A stretch of 64,000 nt of DNA from Moniliella sp. 'wahieum' (taxonomy: Eukaryota): NCBI GenBank assembly GCA_003971905.1, contig RSEE01000169.1, positions 1-64,000 of the forward strand. Reading direction: 5' to 3'. Of the stretch, positions 1-14,284 are shown piece by piece. Each line of letters starts with the position of its first letter. The first letter of the stretch is position 1. The notes under the pieces are model-generated. The model saw nothing but the letters and a program-made list of their open reading frames with translations, had not been told where the DNA came from and did not search any database. Both the position numbers and the translations under genes were made by a program.

Positions 1-771
1 TCACCGCTCTTCCCTGAGTAATAGTCTCTCCGGAGTATCGCTCCCCCGTCAATCATCAAGGTGGCTGCGCCGACATCTCGAATCCCTATACTAAAGAAAT
101 AGCCTCTGCAATGACGAACCAACGATGTATAGATATATAACCTCTCCCCCTTTCACTATTCAGCACTCCGCTTCGCTGCCCCCTCATCTCGATTCCCACC
201 TATATAGAAGCTTTGCCAAGTCGTATAAACGATGTACATAGGCAGCATACGTACATTGATATGTGTTTAGGCGTGGGGTTTCCCTGCAACAGCCATAAGC
301 TCCGTCAATGATATGGATGTAGTAACTAGTAACTAGTAAGAATCAAAGATGATCGATGATCGATGACTTACCGGTTACTGCCTTCCCTTTCTTTCTGTGC
401 TCGTGACTACTCAAGAGCCACCCAGTCGCGATCGGCACCCACTTAGCGCTGCCTACGGCTTGATTGCCAGGCGACCTATATGCCATCATGCATCTCACCA
501 GAACTACGGTGCATCCGTGTCCTATCCCAGGAAAGGGAGGAGACCAGTCTGCCGCTGTACTCGGCAGCAGCAGAGGCAAGGACCGGTGATGAGGAATGCT
601 ATCAAGGGTAGGTATCGAAGCGTATATGATTGTCGGCTGTGGCCAGGAGGGGGGGTGGGTGGGTGAGAGAGGGATCGGATTGAATATTGAAGTGGGTCGG
701 CAAAACAAAGGGCCGAGCGCAAAAAAGCGCAACACAAAGGAAAGAAGAGGACCGGTGGCTCGCACGGTCCT

Positions 772-2025
772 TCAGTCCTTCCCACAGGGCCAAAGAGCTT
801 TCGTTTGTCGACCCAGTAGCGAGTGCGAATGGGATCGGCATTAACGAGGCGGGTGAGAAGGCGCAACGCACGAGCCCGATACGCATCCGCCTGGTCCGAG
901 GATAAACTAGGATCGCGTAACCGTGCTTGCAGACTATCCAACCTCCACTCTAGTGCATGCGGTGTCCCGTTGCCCCCCATATCGGCATCGGGAGAAGCTG
1001 CAATGTCTTCCTCCGAAGGACTGAGGCTGGAGGCGAACAAGTCCAGTTGGTCCCGTACCTGCGTGGCCAAACGTCCTTTGGACGTTGCGTAGGCCACTCG
1101 GTCCGGATCGTCCGAGTTGAGTATCCTGTTGGTCTCTTTCTCCAGTTGGGCATATGCGCCCCCCAAATACGCCCATGGCGACGCATTGTTCTTCGTCACA
1201 GCAATCTTGTTCTTGGTGTAGGTGATCCCCGCACACGCTCGCCAGGGGATCCGGCGTGGTGCTGAGCAAGCCGACGCCAAACTGAACAAAGTAGCGATGA
1301 TTCCATGCACTGTTGTTGAACAGGTCCGCAGCATCGCTTCGGTAAACTTGACCTCTTGGTCCCAGAGGGAGGGTGCAGTACGCGCCTGGAGCGAGCGCGC
1401 CGGACTCGCAGGACTGGATGCTTGCTCCGAAGGGTCCCGGCAAAGTACACCAAAGCCCATTCGCGGTGAATCCAGGTATGGTAGTTTTTGCCATCCTCAG
1501 CTAACACCGAAGCAGTTACCTCGAGCTCCGTGTTGGCCAGTTGGGACCACAGCGCATACGCCACGTCTTCCCCCTCCTCGGGGATACGAGCGAGGATGCA
1601 CCGCGCCAGCTCCTGCACCACGTTCTTGCGATGCTGCCACACTGGTACTGTTTCATGTGCTCGTGACACCGGTCGTCCAGAATGTCCATCTCGGCGGCCA
1701 AGCGAGCTTCGGTGGAGAGCACAGGGGGGAGGAAAGGGTCGTCGCGTGCCTGCTCGGGCGCAGGCAGCAGGTCGGCACACAGCAGCTGAAACCGGTAGGC
1801 CCAGATGGTGTAGTTGCTGCTGGCGAGTGTGGAGAGGAAGGTGGTGAGGCCGAGCGCACGCAGGCTCAGCTCGCCCTCGCGCGACAGGGTGCGGAAGAGG
1901 TCCATGGCGCGAGCAAAGTCGGGAGGATAGAGGATGGGACAGAGAGGCTCGTTGGTCTCCTTCTGCGGGGTGGGGGTGACGTCGGCCCACAAGGGACTGG
2001 CAGCGTCAAAGGCGGGTGGGTCCAT
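772..2025 (-). CDS. RAM2: Protein farnesyltransferase/geranylgeranyltransferase-I alpha subunit; frameshifted in the assembly, 3' end approximate
   Basis: Stitched frames: MDPPAFDAASPLWADVTPTPQ..PLCPILYPPDFARAMDLFR..SNYTIWAYR, KQYQ/VWQHRK, DGKNYHTWIHREW, DLFNNSAWNHRYF, NNASPWAYLGG and DPIRTRYW. These match prenyltransferase alpha (PPTA) repeats. Confidence 0.93.
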
Positions 2026-2929
2026 GGCCACGGCAGCGCGCGAAGGCGAAGGGAGGGGGGGGGAGAACGGGAAGAGGAAGAGGAAGAGGAAGAAGAAGGA
2101 GAAGGCGAAGGAAAGGCGAAGGAGAAGGCGAAGGAGCAGGAGAAGAAGGGGCTGGTGAGGATGCTGCTCTGGGTGGTTGGCTGGCTGTCTTGCGTTCGTG
2201 CCTGCTACGCCCCAAAGGAGTACAATCGGGGCCAACGACCGAACGGCGGGCGGGAGTAGCTAGCTAGTAGGCCCTAGTAGGCCCGAGTCCATGTGAGGGG
2301 GAGTGCCTGGGTTGAGTGCCTGGCCGCTGCACTGGCACCGGCAGTGTGCCATGTGACGTCAGATCACACGTGGCGACGGCTGACGCTGCAGCTGGGGCAG
2401 CCAACGCCGCGCCGGCGCGACGCCGGAAACCAACTGGCGCCATGGCGGGGGGGGGGGAGGCGCAACCCTAGGGGTGGGGTAGACTGCCCCCCCTGGCGCT
2501 GGGCTGCTGCGGGCGGGGCTAGGGCGCGAGGAGCGCAGCAGCGTTCTGGTGTGGTCTAGCCCTGGCGCTCCGAGTTGTCTGAGAGCGCAGCAGCGCGGCG
2601 GGCATCATGCATCAGCGATCAGCGATCAGCAATCGATCAGCTGGGATCGGCTGGCATCCCAGTGCTGCCCCCACCGCAAGAAGAAAGACTATACGACCCG
2701 AGTAGGGTTAGGGCGTAGCTTGTTTTACGTTTCATCAGCCAACCCCATCGCATACATCACATCCACCCACCACATCACACCTGTCCATTCCATGCTGGAA
2801 CAGTATAGTGGCCCATGTAGATGCCCATCATTGGCACCATCCCCTCTGCTTGCCGACCCCATCCCCATTCGGGGCAAGCGACGAGCGACGAGGGAAACTG
2901 CATGGCCAGCCTCGGCCAGTTCCTGCACA

Positions 2930-5171
2930 CTACAGCTCGCGCTGCTTGCCCACAATCTTCGTCTGCCGCGTAGACCGAATCCCGACTGTCTGCGTTCCCG
3001 TCCGTTCGCATCATCATGATCGCAAGCGTGTCAGCACATCCATCCTTCCCCCGTTTCCTTCTGTCCCCTCAGCGCTCAACCTCACCGCACCACTCCCACC
3101 GACTCGACAGACGTACCACACGGTTGCACCCAAACACATGGATGCGCTTCAAGCGGCTGTGGAGCAGCTGGCCAACCAACTCATCTGCCACGGCGCGTAC
3201 AAACGAAACATCGAGCATTTCCAACACGGGGATTTGGCCCACCAACTGAGCCAGTCCTGCCTCGCTCAGGCGGTCGTCCGAATTGACACAGACAGGTCAG
3301 TGTTTCTCCTGCATGTGCCAAGATCGCAGTCAAGACTTCATCCCCCACCTGGTCGATGCGACTCAGATCAAGGCTCTGCAGCTCGGCCCGTCCCCCTCGC
3401 CCTCGCCCTCGCTCTCGCCCTCGGACGGCGTCCAGGCCGTGAACAAGTCCACCAGCCCGTCCGAGGAAAGCCGCGAGAGCCGGGACAGGTTGAGCGAATG
3501 CAACCCCCGACTCTTCTTGACCCCCACCAACACCTTGTCCGTCAAGGCGGTGTTGCCGGAAAGGTTGAGGTGGCGTAGGTGGGCGCCGACATGGTCCAGC
3601 AGAGCCAGCACCTCGGGATCGTGCAAACTCTTAGGTGGGACACCGGGAGCCGAGACCCCGGATCAGAGATATCGAGGTACGTAAGGTGCGTCAACGTGCA
3701 GTGGCTGGAGCGCCTTGGCGTTCAACGGTCCAATTTGGGCCAAACCCAACTGGCTCACGTTGGGACAATGGTGCGCCAAGGCGCGTGTACAGGCTCGGTC
3801 GAACCGTGCCGATTCTCGGATCTTGAAACTGGTCAGGCCACTGCCCACCCGGCCAAAGAACCTCCGCCAAGCTTCTTGCCGAACCAGAAACGGACCGTAC
3901 AATTCCACATCCGTCAAGTGCCCTCCCCACTTGTCCCCCCACGAAGCCAGGACCGAATCGTCAACCTGCCCACACAGTTGCAGGTTGACGAGACGCACAT
4001 GGGGGCACACGTCCGGGAACGTGGAAAGCGTCCGAGATGAAAGGTCACTGCAGTCGTACAGTCGTAACTCGCTCACGTTAGGAGCAAGAAAGAGCTTCAC
4101 CGTCTCATTGTCCAACCGACGGTTCCGACACAGTGCTTGGGCCACTTTGTCCCTGTTTTCCCCCGTCACACAGCACAGGTCCTCCACCTGCTCAATGTGC
4201 CGACTCATGACATTGATACACATCTCCTGCAGCGTCGGCAACCTCTCTTCTTGCAATGCGAGCAGCGCCTTGCGCCGGGCGAATGCCGACAACGTCCGGG
4301 TACGAGTCGCCTTGGAGATAGGGGGCGTTGGCGTGGACGTATGAACGCCCTCTTCGGTGGCGTTGGCGCCACACACATGGCAGATCGGACCGTTGGAAAC
4401 GTAGGTGGTATACGTCGTGATGGCAAACCGTTTCTCGCATCCGGCGCAGTAAGCCAGCGCTCCATTCGGCCTGATCATCGAGGCAGACGGACGAATCGTG
4501 ATGAGCGAAGTGGCACTAGCTCTACCTGTGCGCAACCTCATCCTCGTCGTTCGCAGAGGCGCTTGCATGCCTTCTGCCCACTCCACTTCCCCACACCCCA
4601 CTCCTCTTCGCCTTCATCGGATTCATCAAATGTCTTGCGCTTCCGGCTGCCCACCTCCGCCGCCGCTCGCACCCCAGTCAACTTCTCCCACGTTGAATCG
4701 ATCCTACCGCTGCCAGACCCAGACCCGAACCTAGACCCAGATCCAGATCCAGATCCAGACCCAGATGCATACCCAGACCCAGACCCGGACCCAGGTGCAT
4801 ACCCATGCCCAGGTCCGGACCGAGCCTCGGTTTCCTCTCCCTGACCGTTGCCCTGCAGCTGAACCGTGTTGTCTTGCTCCTCATCCCCATTCCCCTCATG
4901 TTCACCTTCATGTTGATCCCCGTCCCCAACTTGGCGACGGGCAAAGCGGCTGGGGTGGCCGCGAGGCGTTATGCCGTTTTCCTAGTGGGGCGGCAGACAC
5001 GCGTGAGCAATTGAACCAAAGACGCACATGCAGCAGCATTGAGTACTAACTACTGATTGCTGATTATAGATGCCAAATGGGAAGGGGGGAGGGGAAGGAG
5101 AAGGGGGGGCGACGCACGCGGAGGAACTCGGTAAGTGCACTGGTATGACCGCGGACGTTGATGTTGGACAT
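2930..5171 (-). CDS. RAD7: Nucleotide excision repair protein Rad7 (LRR/RNI-like); at least 2 introns, frameshifted
   Basis: Exon 1 MSNINVRGHTSALTEFLR is followed by a GTGCGT donor. Then a CxxC..CxxC segment, LPTLQEMCINVMSRHIEQVEDL, ALCRNRRLDNETVKLF and leucine-rich repeats. Last exon TVGIRSTRQTKIVGKQREL* follows an intron at about 3116-2990. Confidence 0.9.
4714..4812. repeat. Degenerate hexanucleotide repeat (CCAGAY)n inside the RAD7 low-complexity N-terminal region
   Basis: ccagacccagacccgaacctagacccagatccagatccagatccagacccagatgcatacccagacccagac is seen directly. Confidence 0.85.
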
Positions 5172-5952
5172 GGTGCGCAGGCAGGCGAGTAGAACTCGTG
5201 GTGGAGGTGCAGAGGTGCGGGAGTGGGAGTGGGCGTGGGATCGAGAGCATAGAGGCTCAGGAGGGACTAGGGACTATTGAATGGCTGTGGCAACCCGCTT
5301 TTGCCATCCAGTCCTCTGCTTAACTAGCTTAATTGCTACCGCTTAACGCTTAAAGTGCGCGGCTACGTCATTGCGTAATTAAATTTACCTCACCAAGTCG
5401 CTAGTCGCTAGTTATAGTGACGCGTTTACGAGTAACTCACTGGGACGAGTCACTAGACGGGGACTAAGTGTTGGTCACCACGTTCTTGAAGAGCAACAGT
5501 CACTAGTCACTGGCCTGATGCACCTGATGAGACCTGGAGCGGCCTGGAGGCCTGGATCCCTGATGGTCCTGGATGGTGAGGCAATCGCACTGGTGGTGGG
5601 GTAGGGGTGGTGGTCTAAGATCTAATCCAAAGCTAACCAACAACACTTAGGCAAAACGGCAGGGAGAAAACAAAAGGAACTCCTGCTAGGCCTGAGGCTC
5701 AGGTTGAGCCCTCAGCCTTAGCCTGACGGGAACTGAAGCTTGAAGGGACGCTGGCCAAAATGCACGAGCCACCCGGGGGCTCAACCTAGTCACCAGCCAC
5801 TCTTTTGACTATAGTAGCTTCAAGCGTAAAGGACACGGCGGCTAGTTTGACGCTCAGTACTAGGTACTAGGTAGGCTGTGGTAGCAGTAGCAGTAGCAGT
5901 AGCCAGTAGCCAATAGCCAGTAGCAGACAGTGCCACCCTTGCCCTTCCCCAT

Positions 5953-5996
5953 CTCAACCTCTCAACCTCTCAACCTCTCAACCTCTCAACCTCTCA
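5953..5996. repeat. Tandem repeat (CTCAACCT)x5
   Basis: Direct reading of ctcaacct repeated five times. Confidence 0.9.
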
Positions 5997-6545
5997 CACT
6001 CTCATCGACCTCCCGCTATCGACTATCGACAAACGAGGTTGGGCCTGGGGGAGGTTATCATCCCACCTATCTGCCACGATGCCGCCCTGTTGGTCCTGGC
6101 GTCTCGCACTGGTACAACTCCTGCCGCATCCCTAACCCTGGCCGATATGACATGCGACATGTGAGCAGGCATGGGAGAGGAGACCCTTGAAGGTCAAGCC
6201 TAAGGGCCTAAGGCCTGATACTTGTACTTGATATACCATGCGTGAGGCGCTGGCCTGAGGCAGTACACACTAGGAAGGGAACGCGGGCGTGGGGGTAGGA
6301 CCAACGTGCGAACCGTGCGGAACCGTGCGGAACCGTGCGGAACGGACGAAACGCGCAAGAGGAGCAGACGGGTGGGAAAACGTAGCTCGCTAGCAACAAG
6401 CAAGGGATAGACCGACGAAGCAAGTGACCAAAGGGGAAACCCGCTTAAACGCATAAACACATAAACACATGAACACATGGACACCTCGCCCCTACCCGGT
6501 CCCCGGTCCCCGGTTCCCCCTCCCCGGTCGCCCTTCCCCCTTCAC

Positions 6546-7986
6546 CTATCTCCGCGCGGGCACGGTCCGGGAGGACAAGATGTTAGCCCAACCGGGTTCC
6601 TCGTCGTCGCTCAAGGCCAGCTCAGCGAGGGAGATGATCCGGCTCGGCGGACGCATAGCGCGGGACTTTTTGCGCAGCGTACGGGTACTTCCCGAGCCAG
6701 AGGACGCAGAAGCCGAAGAAGGTAGACCCAGGCCTGGAAGGTGGTTGACCTGAGAGGCAGGGGACGCAACACCATCACTGTCGCCCTCTTCGTCTTGCTC
6801 TTGCGCTGGCGGTTGAGCCTCCCTGCGTGTGGATCGGCCGAGCGAACTGGCTCTTGGAGGGATGCCAGGGATGGGGGAGGAGGCCGCACTAACAGGGGAG
6901 CAAGGTAGGTCAGTTGGCGGGAGCGGTTGGGGGGGCGTTGGGGCGGAGTGTGCGGTTGAGGGTGAGGGTGAGGTAGAGGCTGGGCTGGGGTTGCGGTTGT
7001 GTTGTTGTTGTTGTTGTTGAGTCGGAGGCTGCGCGGTAGGTGGAGATAGAGATGGTGATGAAGGCTGAAGCGGAGATGGAGATGGAGATGGAGATGGAGA
7101 CGGAGACAGAGACTGAGACTGAGACTGAGACTGGGACGGAGACTGGGATTGAGGTTGAGGTTGCTGCCGCGGTTGGTTTTGAAGAAGAGGTTGAGGTTGA
7201 GGTTGAGGTTGGGGCTGAAGTTGAGGGTTAGGGAGCTGGTAGGACGGCTGTTGGTTGGCTGCTAACGGGGCCGCACTGGAGAATGGTGGTGGGTCGGATG
7301 CGCAAGGGGGGGAGATGGAGATGGGCGGGGGCGAAGGATGGAACGAAGGTGAGACAAGCGGTTCTCCCGTCTGCTCTGCGTCGGGACCAGGACCAGAGGG
7401 GGGAAGAGCGAGCGTGGTGCCGGCCACAGAGTGGGCCGAGGAGGGGGAGGAGGAGCGAGGGTGGCTACGCGACAGAGAGGGGGAGGAGGCCGTGCGGGAC
7501 CGAAGCTGCTGCTGCTGGGCACCAAAGTAGTCGCTGGTCCAGTCGGGTTCGAGCTCGGCAAATGCGTCGCCGCCACCACGTACGTCGGGCGGGCGGTGCG
7601 GGCTGGGGAGCAAGGAGGACGAGGTGACCGAGCGGAAGGAGCGGAAGGAGGTGCCGCTGAGCTGGGCGCGGATGCCCGTCGGCTGCGGGCCGATGGTCTC
7701 GCCCCATGCGCCGGTGCCCTGGGCGCAACCTCAAAGTGGAACTGGCGGCGACGCTCGAGCGGGCGGGGGGGCGGGACGGGGGTGCCAAAGGGCGCGCGGG
7801 GCAGCAGCGGATCGGGCTCGGCCTGGGACTGGAAGCGCGCAATCTTGTCGCGCACAGGCGCGGCGGCGTGGGTGTCGTGCTGGGTGGCGGGCAGCGGCGG
7901 GGGGGTGTGTGGGCGCGCTCGAGCGCAGCGATGCGCTCGCGCAGCGTCTCCTTGCGCGCACGCGCCGGCAGCTGCGCAGACGCCAT
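6546..7986 (-). CDS. Hypothetical Pro/Ser/Gln-rich protein (frameshifted)
   Basis: MASAQLPARARKETLRERIAALER, PVRDKIARFQSQAEPDPLLPRAPFG, then a 355-aa ORF with QP, SQ and SP microsatellite tracts ending in SRIISLAELALSDDEEPGWANILSSRTVPARR*. No family recognised. Confidence 0.6.
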
Positions 7987-8638
7987 GGGCAGAAGGATGG
8001 ATGCGGCGGCGGGGGGGCAGCTGGCAAGCGTGGGTGTGGGTGTGGTGCGCGGGCCTCCACGTCAGGCAGGCGGGGGGCGTGGATGCGGGAATGAATAATG
8101 GCAGATCGGATGTGATCTGCCTGCGCACCAGTCCCACCGGCCTAGTTCGGGTGCGCTGGGGGCGGGCCGACTTTGCTATTGCGATTGCTATTGCGATTGC
8201 TATTGATTGCTATTGATTGCTATTGCTATAGCACTTCTGGGTTGATTCCGGCCTCGGGTTTGTTCGCCTCCTCGTGCCTGGGGGCCGCCGCTTGCTCGGA
8301 ATCGCAATGGGTCCTTACCTCACCACCCAGTCCGCCCATGCCAGCACACGCATACACACCACCATCTAGGCCTGGCGGACGAAGCAAGCAGCCACAGATG
8401 GCGGGGTCGGTCGCGGTGGGATGGCGGATGCATCAGATGGCACACTGGGGCGCGCGCAGAGATGAGGTAAGCACACACCCACATCCCGCCCTGCGTTCCC
8501 CCCATTCCCGCCCAGCCGCCCCCACCCCCCCACCCGCACCACTAGGGTTGCCGTGTGCGTGGCAGCCGCAGCCGCCCCCCCCACTCGGCGCCACGAAGAA
8601 GTATCCCACCACCACCCTCTCGCCCCCGCCCCCTCCCA

Positions 8639-11535
8639 ATGGCTGCGTCTGCTGTCGACGCTGGGTGGGCCCCCGACGCTTCCGTCTACAGCGGCTTCCT
8701 CCAGCTCCTCGACGCCACCACCTCCGCCGACCGCGATGCCCAGCAGCGCGTCCACGAAGAGGTCGCCCGCCTCCAGGCCAACGTGCCCGACTATGCCGCC
8801 TACCTCATGTACGCCTTTGCCCACATCCAGCCCCCCGGCTCCGCGGCCTCGGCCATCGCCGGCATCATGCTCAAGAACCACCTCAACGACCACTACGACG
8901 CCGTCCCCCCCCCCGTGCTCGACTATGTCCGTGCCGCTGTCTTCCCGCTCCTCGCCTCGCCCTCCGAAATGGTCCGCCGGTCCGCCGCCGGCGTCCTCAC
9001 CTCGCTCCTCGAGCTGGGCCTCGCCGCCTGGCCCCAGGGCATTGCCCAGCTCATCCAGCTCATGAACAGCAACAATCCCGACGAGATGGAGGCCGCGTTC
9101 AAGGTGTTTGCCAACCTGACCGAAGACATTGCGCCCACCTTGGAAAGCTTGGTCATCAACGGCGACAAACCCATCGACGTTCTCATCCCCGGCTGGATCC
9201 AGGCTGCAACGTATACCGAGAAAGGGTGCGCGTCCATGCGCTCAACTCGCTCAACCGCATGGCCGACCTGCCCTCGCTGACGTTCCAAACGCACATTGAC
9301 GCCTTTGTCAGTGCGCTCTTTGTCTTGGCCACAGACGAGGACCCTATGTCCGCCGCGAAGTGTGCAAGGCCTCTCCATCCTCTTGCACACCCGCTTTGAC
9401 AAGCTCGAACCTCACCTGGATGGCGTCGTGGACTACATGCTCTACTCGATGCAGGAGGAGAACGAGGACGTGAACCTCGAGGCCGCCGAGTTTTGGCTCG
9501 AGTTTGCTGAGGAAGAAGCCATCTCAGCGCGTCTGCAGCCCTACCTCGGCAAGCTCGTCCCAGGCCTGTTGCAAGGCATGACCTACTCGGAGGAGGAACA
9601 GCAACTGCTCGGCTCGGCCGAGGACGACGCTAACGTCCCCGATCGTCCAGAGGACATTGCCCCGCGGCATCTTCGTGGCGCTGGACACACGAATCAGCAT
9701 GTGGAAGAGACGACTGCCACGCAAAGCCGATCCCGCGCAGCTATCGATGCGCGCTTTGAGGACGATGACGATGAAGACGAATGGGACGAAGATGAGTTGG
9801 AAGATTTCGACGATGAAGATGCCCACCGGTGGAACTTGCGTAAATGCAGTGCTGCCACCTTGGACGTGCTTGCCGTCCGATTTGGCGAGACGTTGCTGGA
9901 ACCCTTGTTGCCACTGTTGAGAGAACGCTTGTTCAGCCAGGACTGGCTCCAGAGGGAAGTGGCCCTGCTCGCGTTGGTGCGGTAGCCGAGGGTGCCTTCA
10001 GCGGCATCGTTCCTCACCCCTACTCTTGTCCCACTTCTGCTTAACACCCTCTCGGACAGCCAGTCGTTGGTCCGCTCCATTACTTGCTGGACGCTTGGCC
10101 GCTACTCCAAGTGGTACGTCGCCGATGCCTCCCCGGAGCACTTGGCGACGTACTTTGCGCCTGTGCTGGAAGGCTTGCTGCGCATGATTCTGGACCGTGT
10201 CAAGCGCGTACAAGAAGCGGGCTGTAGTGCGTTTGCTACACTTGAAGAGGATGCAGGCGTCACAATCGTTCCCTACCTCCCTCACATTCTCCAGGCATTT
10301 TCCCAAGCCTTTCGCACGTACCAAAGAAGAACTTGCTGGTCCTATACGATGCGATTTGCGTCATGGCTGATGCCGTCGGCTCCGAACTCAACCGTCCAGA
10401 GTATCTCCAGACCCTTTTGCCCGTCCTGATGGACCGCTACACACAACTCGACGACGACGATACCAACTTGATCGCTCTGTTGGAATGCTTGTCGTCAGTT
10501 GCCATCGCATCGGGCACAGGCTTTGCCCAGTACGCTCCCACTGTCTACGTCCGCTGTGTGAGTATGGTGGCGGACGCGTTGCAGCGGTACGGGGGGCGAG
10601 GTGGACTTGGACTTTGATGATGAGCGGGACTTCGTCGTGACGTCGCTCGATCTCCTGTCGGGTCTGTTGCAAGGCTTGCAGACTCAAGCCCAGCCCTTGG
10701 TCGGGGACACATCGCATAATTTGATGCCGCTACTGGTGCTGTGCCTCCAAGTGCCTGACAGCAGTATTCGTCAATCTGCCTATGCGTTGATGGGGGATTT
10801 GGCCATCTTCGCTTTCCCGCAACTGGCGCCTTCGCTGCCCTACATCCTGCCTGAGATTGTGCGCCAAATCGAGCTGGCATCACAAGAAGAAGCCGTTCAA
10901 GTCTGCAACAACGCCGTCTGGGCCGTGGGCGAGATCGCACTACAAATCCCCCGGACGACCTCAAACCGTGGATCCAACCTTTGATTCAACGACTGGTCCC
11001 GCTCCTGCTCGGTCGGACCCACAAGTCCCTGACGGAGAATGCGGCAGTGACACTGGGTCGACTGGGACTGGTCGCACCCGAAGCGGTCGCTCCGCATCTT
11101 GAGGTGTTTGCCCAAGCTTGGTGCACCTCCCTCTGGGACATTCGCGATAACGATGAGAAAGATTCTGCGTTCCGCGGCTTTTGCCGCATGGTCGAACTCA
11201 ATCCCAACGCTATCACCAAGTCGTTTGGCTACTTTTGCATGGCCATCGTCCGCTGGCAAACGCCCAGCAAGGAGCTGAATGACCAATTCATCAGGGTACG
11301 TCCCCCCTAACCCCCTCCATTCTACCACTTCGCCTTCCCGCTCTATTCCTCTTTCTCTCCCTCTTTCTCTCATTTACGTATCCGTCGACTGACTTCCCCC
11401 CCCCCCCTTCCCTTGCCCTGTGCCAGATATTGAACGGGTTCAAGCAAAATGATCGGTCCCGCCGAATGGAAGCTAACAAACAGCAGTACCCCCCCCCTGA
11501 TCGCGGAGCGACTGGCGTCGCGCTACGGCCTTTAA
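8639..11535 (+). CDS. KAP104: Transportin-1 / importin beta-2 (HEAT repeats); one 3' intron at about 11296-11427, several indels
   Basis: VPDYAAYLMYAF, AGIMLKN, VNLEAAEFW, acidic loop VPDRPEDIAPRH..WNLRKCSAATLDVLA, VRSITCWTLGRY, KRVQEAGCSAFATLEE, NNAVWAVGEIA, ENAAVTLGRLG, DNDEKDSAFRG, ending ERLASRYGL*. Confidence 0.96.
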
Positions 11536-12245
11536 CTTTGAATCCCCTTGCGCTTTTCGCGGTGGGACAAAATGGGCCCAATTCACGCCTTTGCATTTGC
11601 ACGTACAATCTTGGACCCCTCTTCTCCCCCCCCCCTCCTACTCTTACCCTTACCCTTACCCTTCTCTCTCCTCTTACCCTTCCCTTCTCTCTCTCTTACC
11701 CTTACCCTTCTCTCTCCCCTTACCCTCCTCTCTACCCTTAACAACAACAACACCCGGTGCCTGGTTTTACACCTCGGCGGTAAAGCATGCAAAGACAAAG
11801 ACAAAGATGGAGGAAATCAGGCTGAAACGCCAGCTTACTCTCTTCTATCATATATCACCCCTCCCGCTTCTCACTTGCGCCTCCCGCTGACGCGCGCTCC
11901 AGTCCTGCTCCCTATCGCTTCGAGGTAGCCAGGTCACGCTCTCAGCGTTCAGCCAGCGTTCAACGTCCACAGTTCAACCTTCAACCTTCAACCTTCAACG
12001 TACAGAACCTTCATGCGTCACATACAACCCTTGAGTGATAGGAGATGGGAAGGCCGCTTGGTCGGATGCTGGTGTTGGGGCTGGGGCAGTTGCGCATGCG
12101 AGGCGGGATGGTGCCAACGCGGCTTACGCGACATGGGTTTGATACAGACACCTCACACGAGGTGGTGCTAGAAGATATAGATTTCCTCGTCCTGCCTCTC
12201 TCTTGCTCTTGCTGTAGTTTGGGTTTGAGTTGGCGTCGTCCCGCG

Positions 12246-14284
12246 TCACGTCCAACCTTGTGGCGAGATGAGCGCGTCTGGCGGAGAAGAGAGGAACGGG
12301 TGGAGGTCAGGGAGCGCGCTCAGACACGATTCCCAATTGGTAGGGATGGGGAAGAGGGGAGGGTGCTGGGTCGGGGCAGGCAACGTTGTAGGGGCGGAAG
12401 TTGCGCCGGCACTGTCGCTACCAGGAGCAGGGAATGAGAAGGTAACGATGGCGAAGGGTTGACGCCTCGGCGAGCTGTACGCACGCTCGAGTGGGAGGAT
12501 AAGAGCGGAGCGACCTTTTCCATGCGGTCCAACAGTGCCTGTGCACTTTCGCGCTCGGCAGGGTCGGTGGGTAAGATGCCCTGTGGGTTGAGTTGGGTCA
12601 GGATGAGGTGGTGACGCAGTAGGGCGGTTATGGACAAGACTGGGTGACCAAACAGGGCGAGGTTGAAGCCAATGTAAGGATGAGACTGGATCAAGTCGCG
12701 TGCCACGGTAGGCGTGAGCGTGTCGATAGGACAACTGGGTGCGAGGTATGCCCAAAACTGTAACACGTCTTCGAGATACGCCGGGACTTGAGGTAACACT
12801 CTTCGATTGAACTGCGGCGTCGCGCGTCGCGCCATCCCGTGACGTAGAACGGATGGTGCCACGAGATGACCATGTGGTGCGCACGGAAGCGCAGGAGAAG
12901 AGGGAAAAGATTAATCGACGAGGTTGTTTTCTGGGTGAGCGAGCGCTTGATGGAAGTTGCTCGGTAGGCTCGCATGCAGTTCGTCCAACTCCCTTTGCAG
13001 CTTGAGCGTCAACGCATACGATTCTTCTTCGCTCACCGTGGTCGCGCGTCGCGACGCACGCAAACATAGTCGCGAAATGTGGAAACGGTACATGATCGGT
13101 ACGGTCCAGAAACCAGATTGGTCGTTAGGCCACACCCAGGTATCGGTGTAGAGGAAGTAGGCGTAGGTTGGAGCAAGTCCAATGGCATCATTGGTCCTCG
13201 ACCGCCCTTGTACGTCCCTAGCATGTCAATCGTCATCAGCGCCACATACAAACGCATGTGGTCGTAGTACTCCTCCACTGTACAGTCGGGTGAGGATCGA
13301 GGTGCAGCTGGGCTGCCAGCCCGTTCTGCAGTACCCCAGTCGTCATCACGCTCGGCGTCCACAAGTTGGGCGAAAGGGACAAGACGAAGCACGCGACCAG
13401 CTCGACGCGCACAGTGTCGATGGTGGGACAGGAGCGGTGCTCAATCGATAGAAGAAGCTGCAGGGTAGCCTCCATAAACGTATGAATGGGCCGGCCGTGG
13501 TACGTGTCGTAGAACCAATGGTACAGCCCAGCGTTCGGAGAGAACACCATCCCCGACACGACCAGGGCAAGCACCAGAGCGAGGAACTCTACGTCGGCGC
13601 GTTCGATTTTCATTTGGCCAGCCCGGACTGCAGCCAAAAACGTCTCGTGCCGCTCGTACCGGCGCCAAAAGACAGAAGGATTGACGACTGCCAAACCATC
13701 AGCCGTAGAGTCAAAATATTCCTCGCAGCAGCGTCGTACCACCTCTTCCGCCGGGTAGATGTGGACCGCATGAAGGACCGTGTCAGTCGAGGAAGGGGTG
13801 GTGAGCGAGACCCAGAAGCTAGGGTAAAGGACAGAGGAGGTGACCTGCTGCGCCAGCACGCGCTTGTCTGTCACAGAGGGCGAGCCAGGAGGCGGTGGCA
13901 GCGCCGGCGGACGCAGGGGGGCGCCTGGGCCAGCGCGCGATTGAGGATAGACTCGAGCCGGTCGATGCGCTGGTGGATGGGCTGTGTGACGGGAGCCCAG
14001 GGCGGTGCGAGGGGAGGCGGTGGAGGCGCAGACGCAGGTGCAGGCGAAAGGGGACGCGGAAGGTAGTCGTCCTGGTACGAACAGCGCCTAGCCTGCCCAC
14101 GCGCAACACAGGTCCCACAGGCCGGCGCTACGCGGTCGCACTTGAGCTTTCGTTGGCGGCAGGTGGCGCAGGCGAGCTTGCGGGGCTTGCGGGGCGCCTT
14201 GCTGGACGGAGCAGATGGCGACGACGGCGTGCGCGGCGGCGGCGGCGAACGTTCCCGGCTGCCGCTCGGGCGGGGCGAAGACAT
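12246..14284 (-). CDS. Zn(II)2Cys6 binuclear-cluster transcription factor with a fungal TF middle-homology region; 3' end uncertain
   Basis: ACATCRQRKLKCDRVAPACGTCVARGQARRCSY, followed by the coiled coil RIDRLESIL. Downstream stitched frames (CEEYFDS..FLALVLAL..GLAAQLHLDP) resemble the fungal-specific TF domain. Confidence 0.88.

Noticed and set aside
1222..2259. Long antisense or alternative-frame ORFs (e.g. 1222-2259, 8173-9399, 7431-8216, 32881-33669)
   Set aside because: These are shadows of real genes in high-GC, stop-poor sequence and show no recognisable domains.
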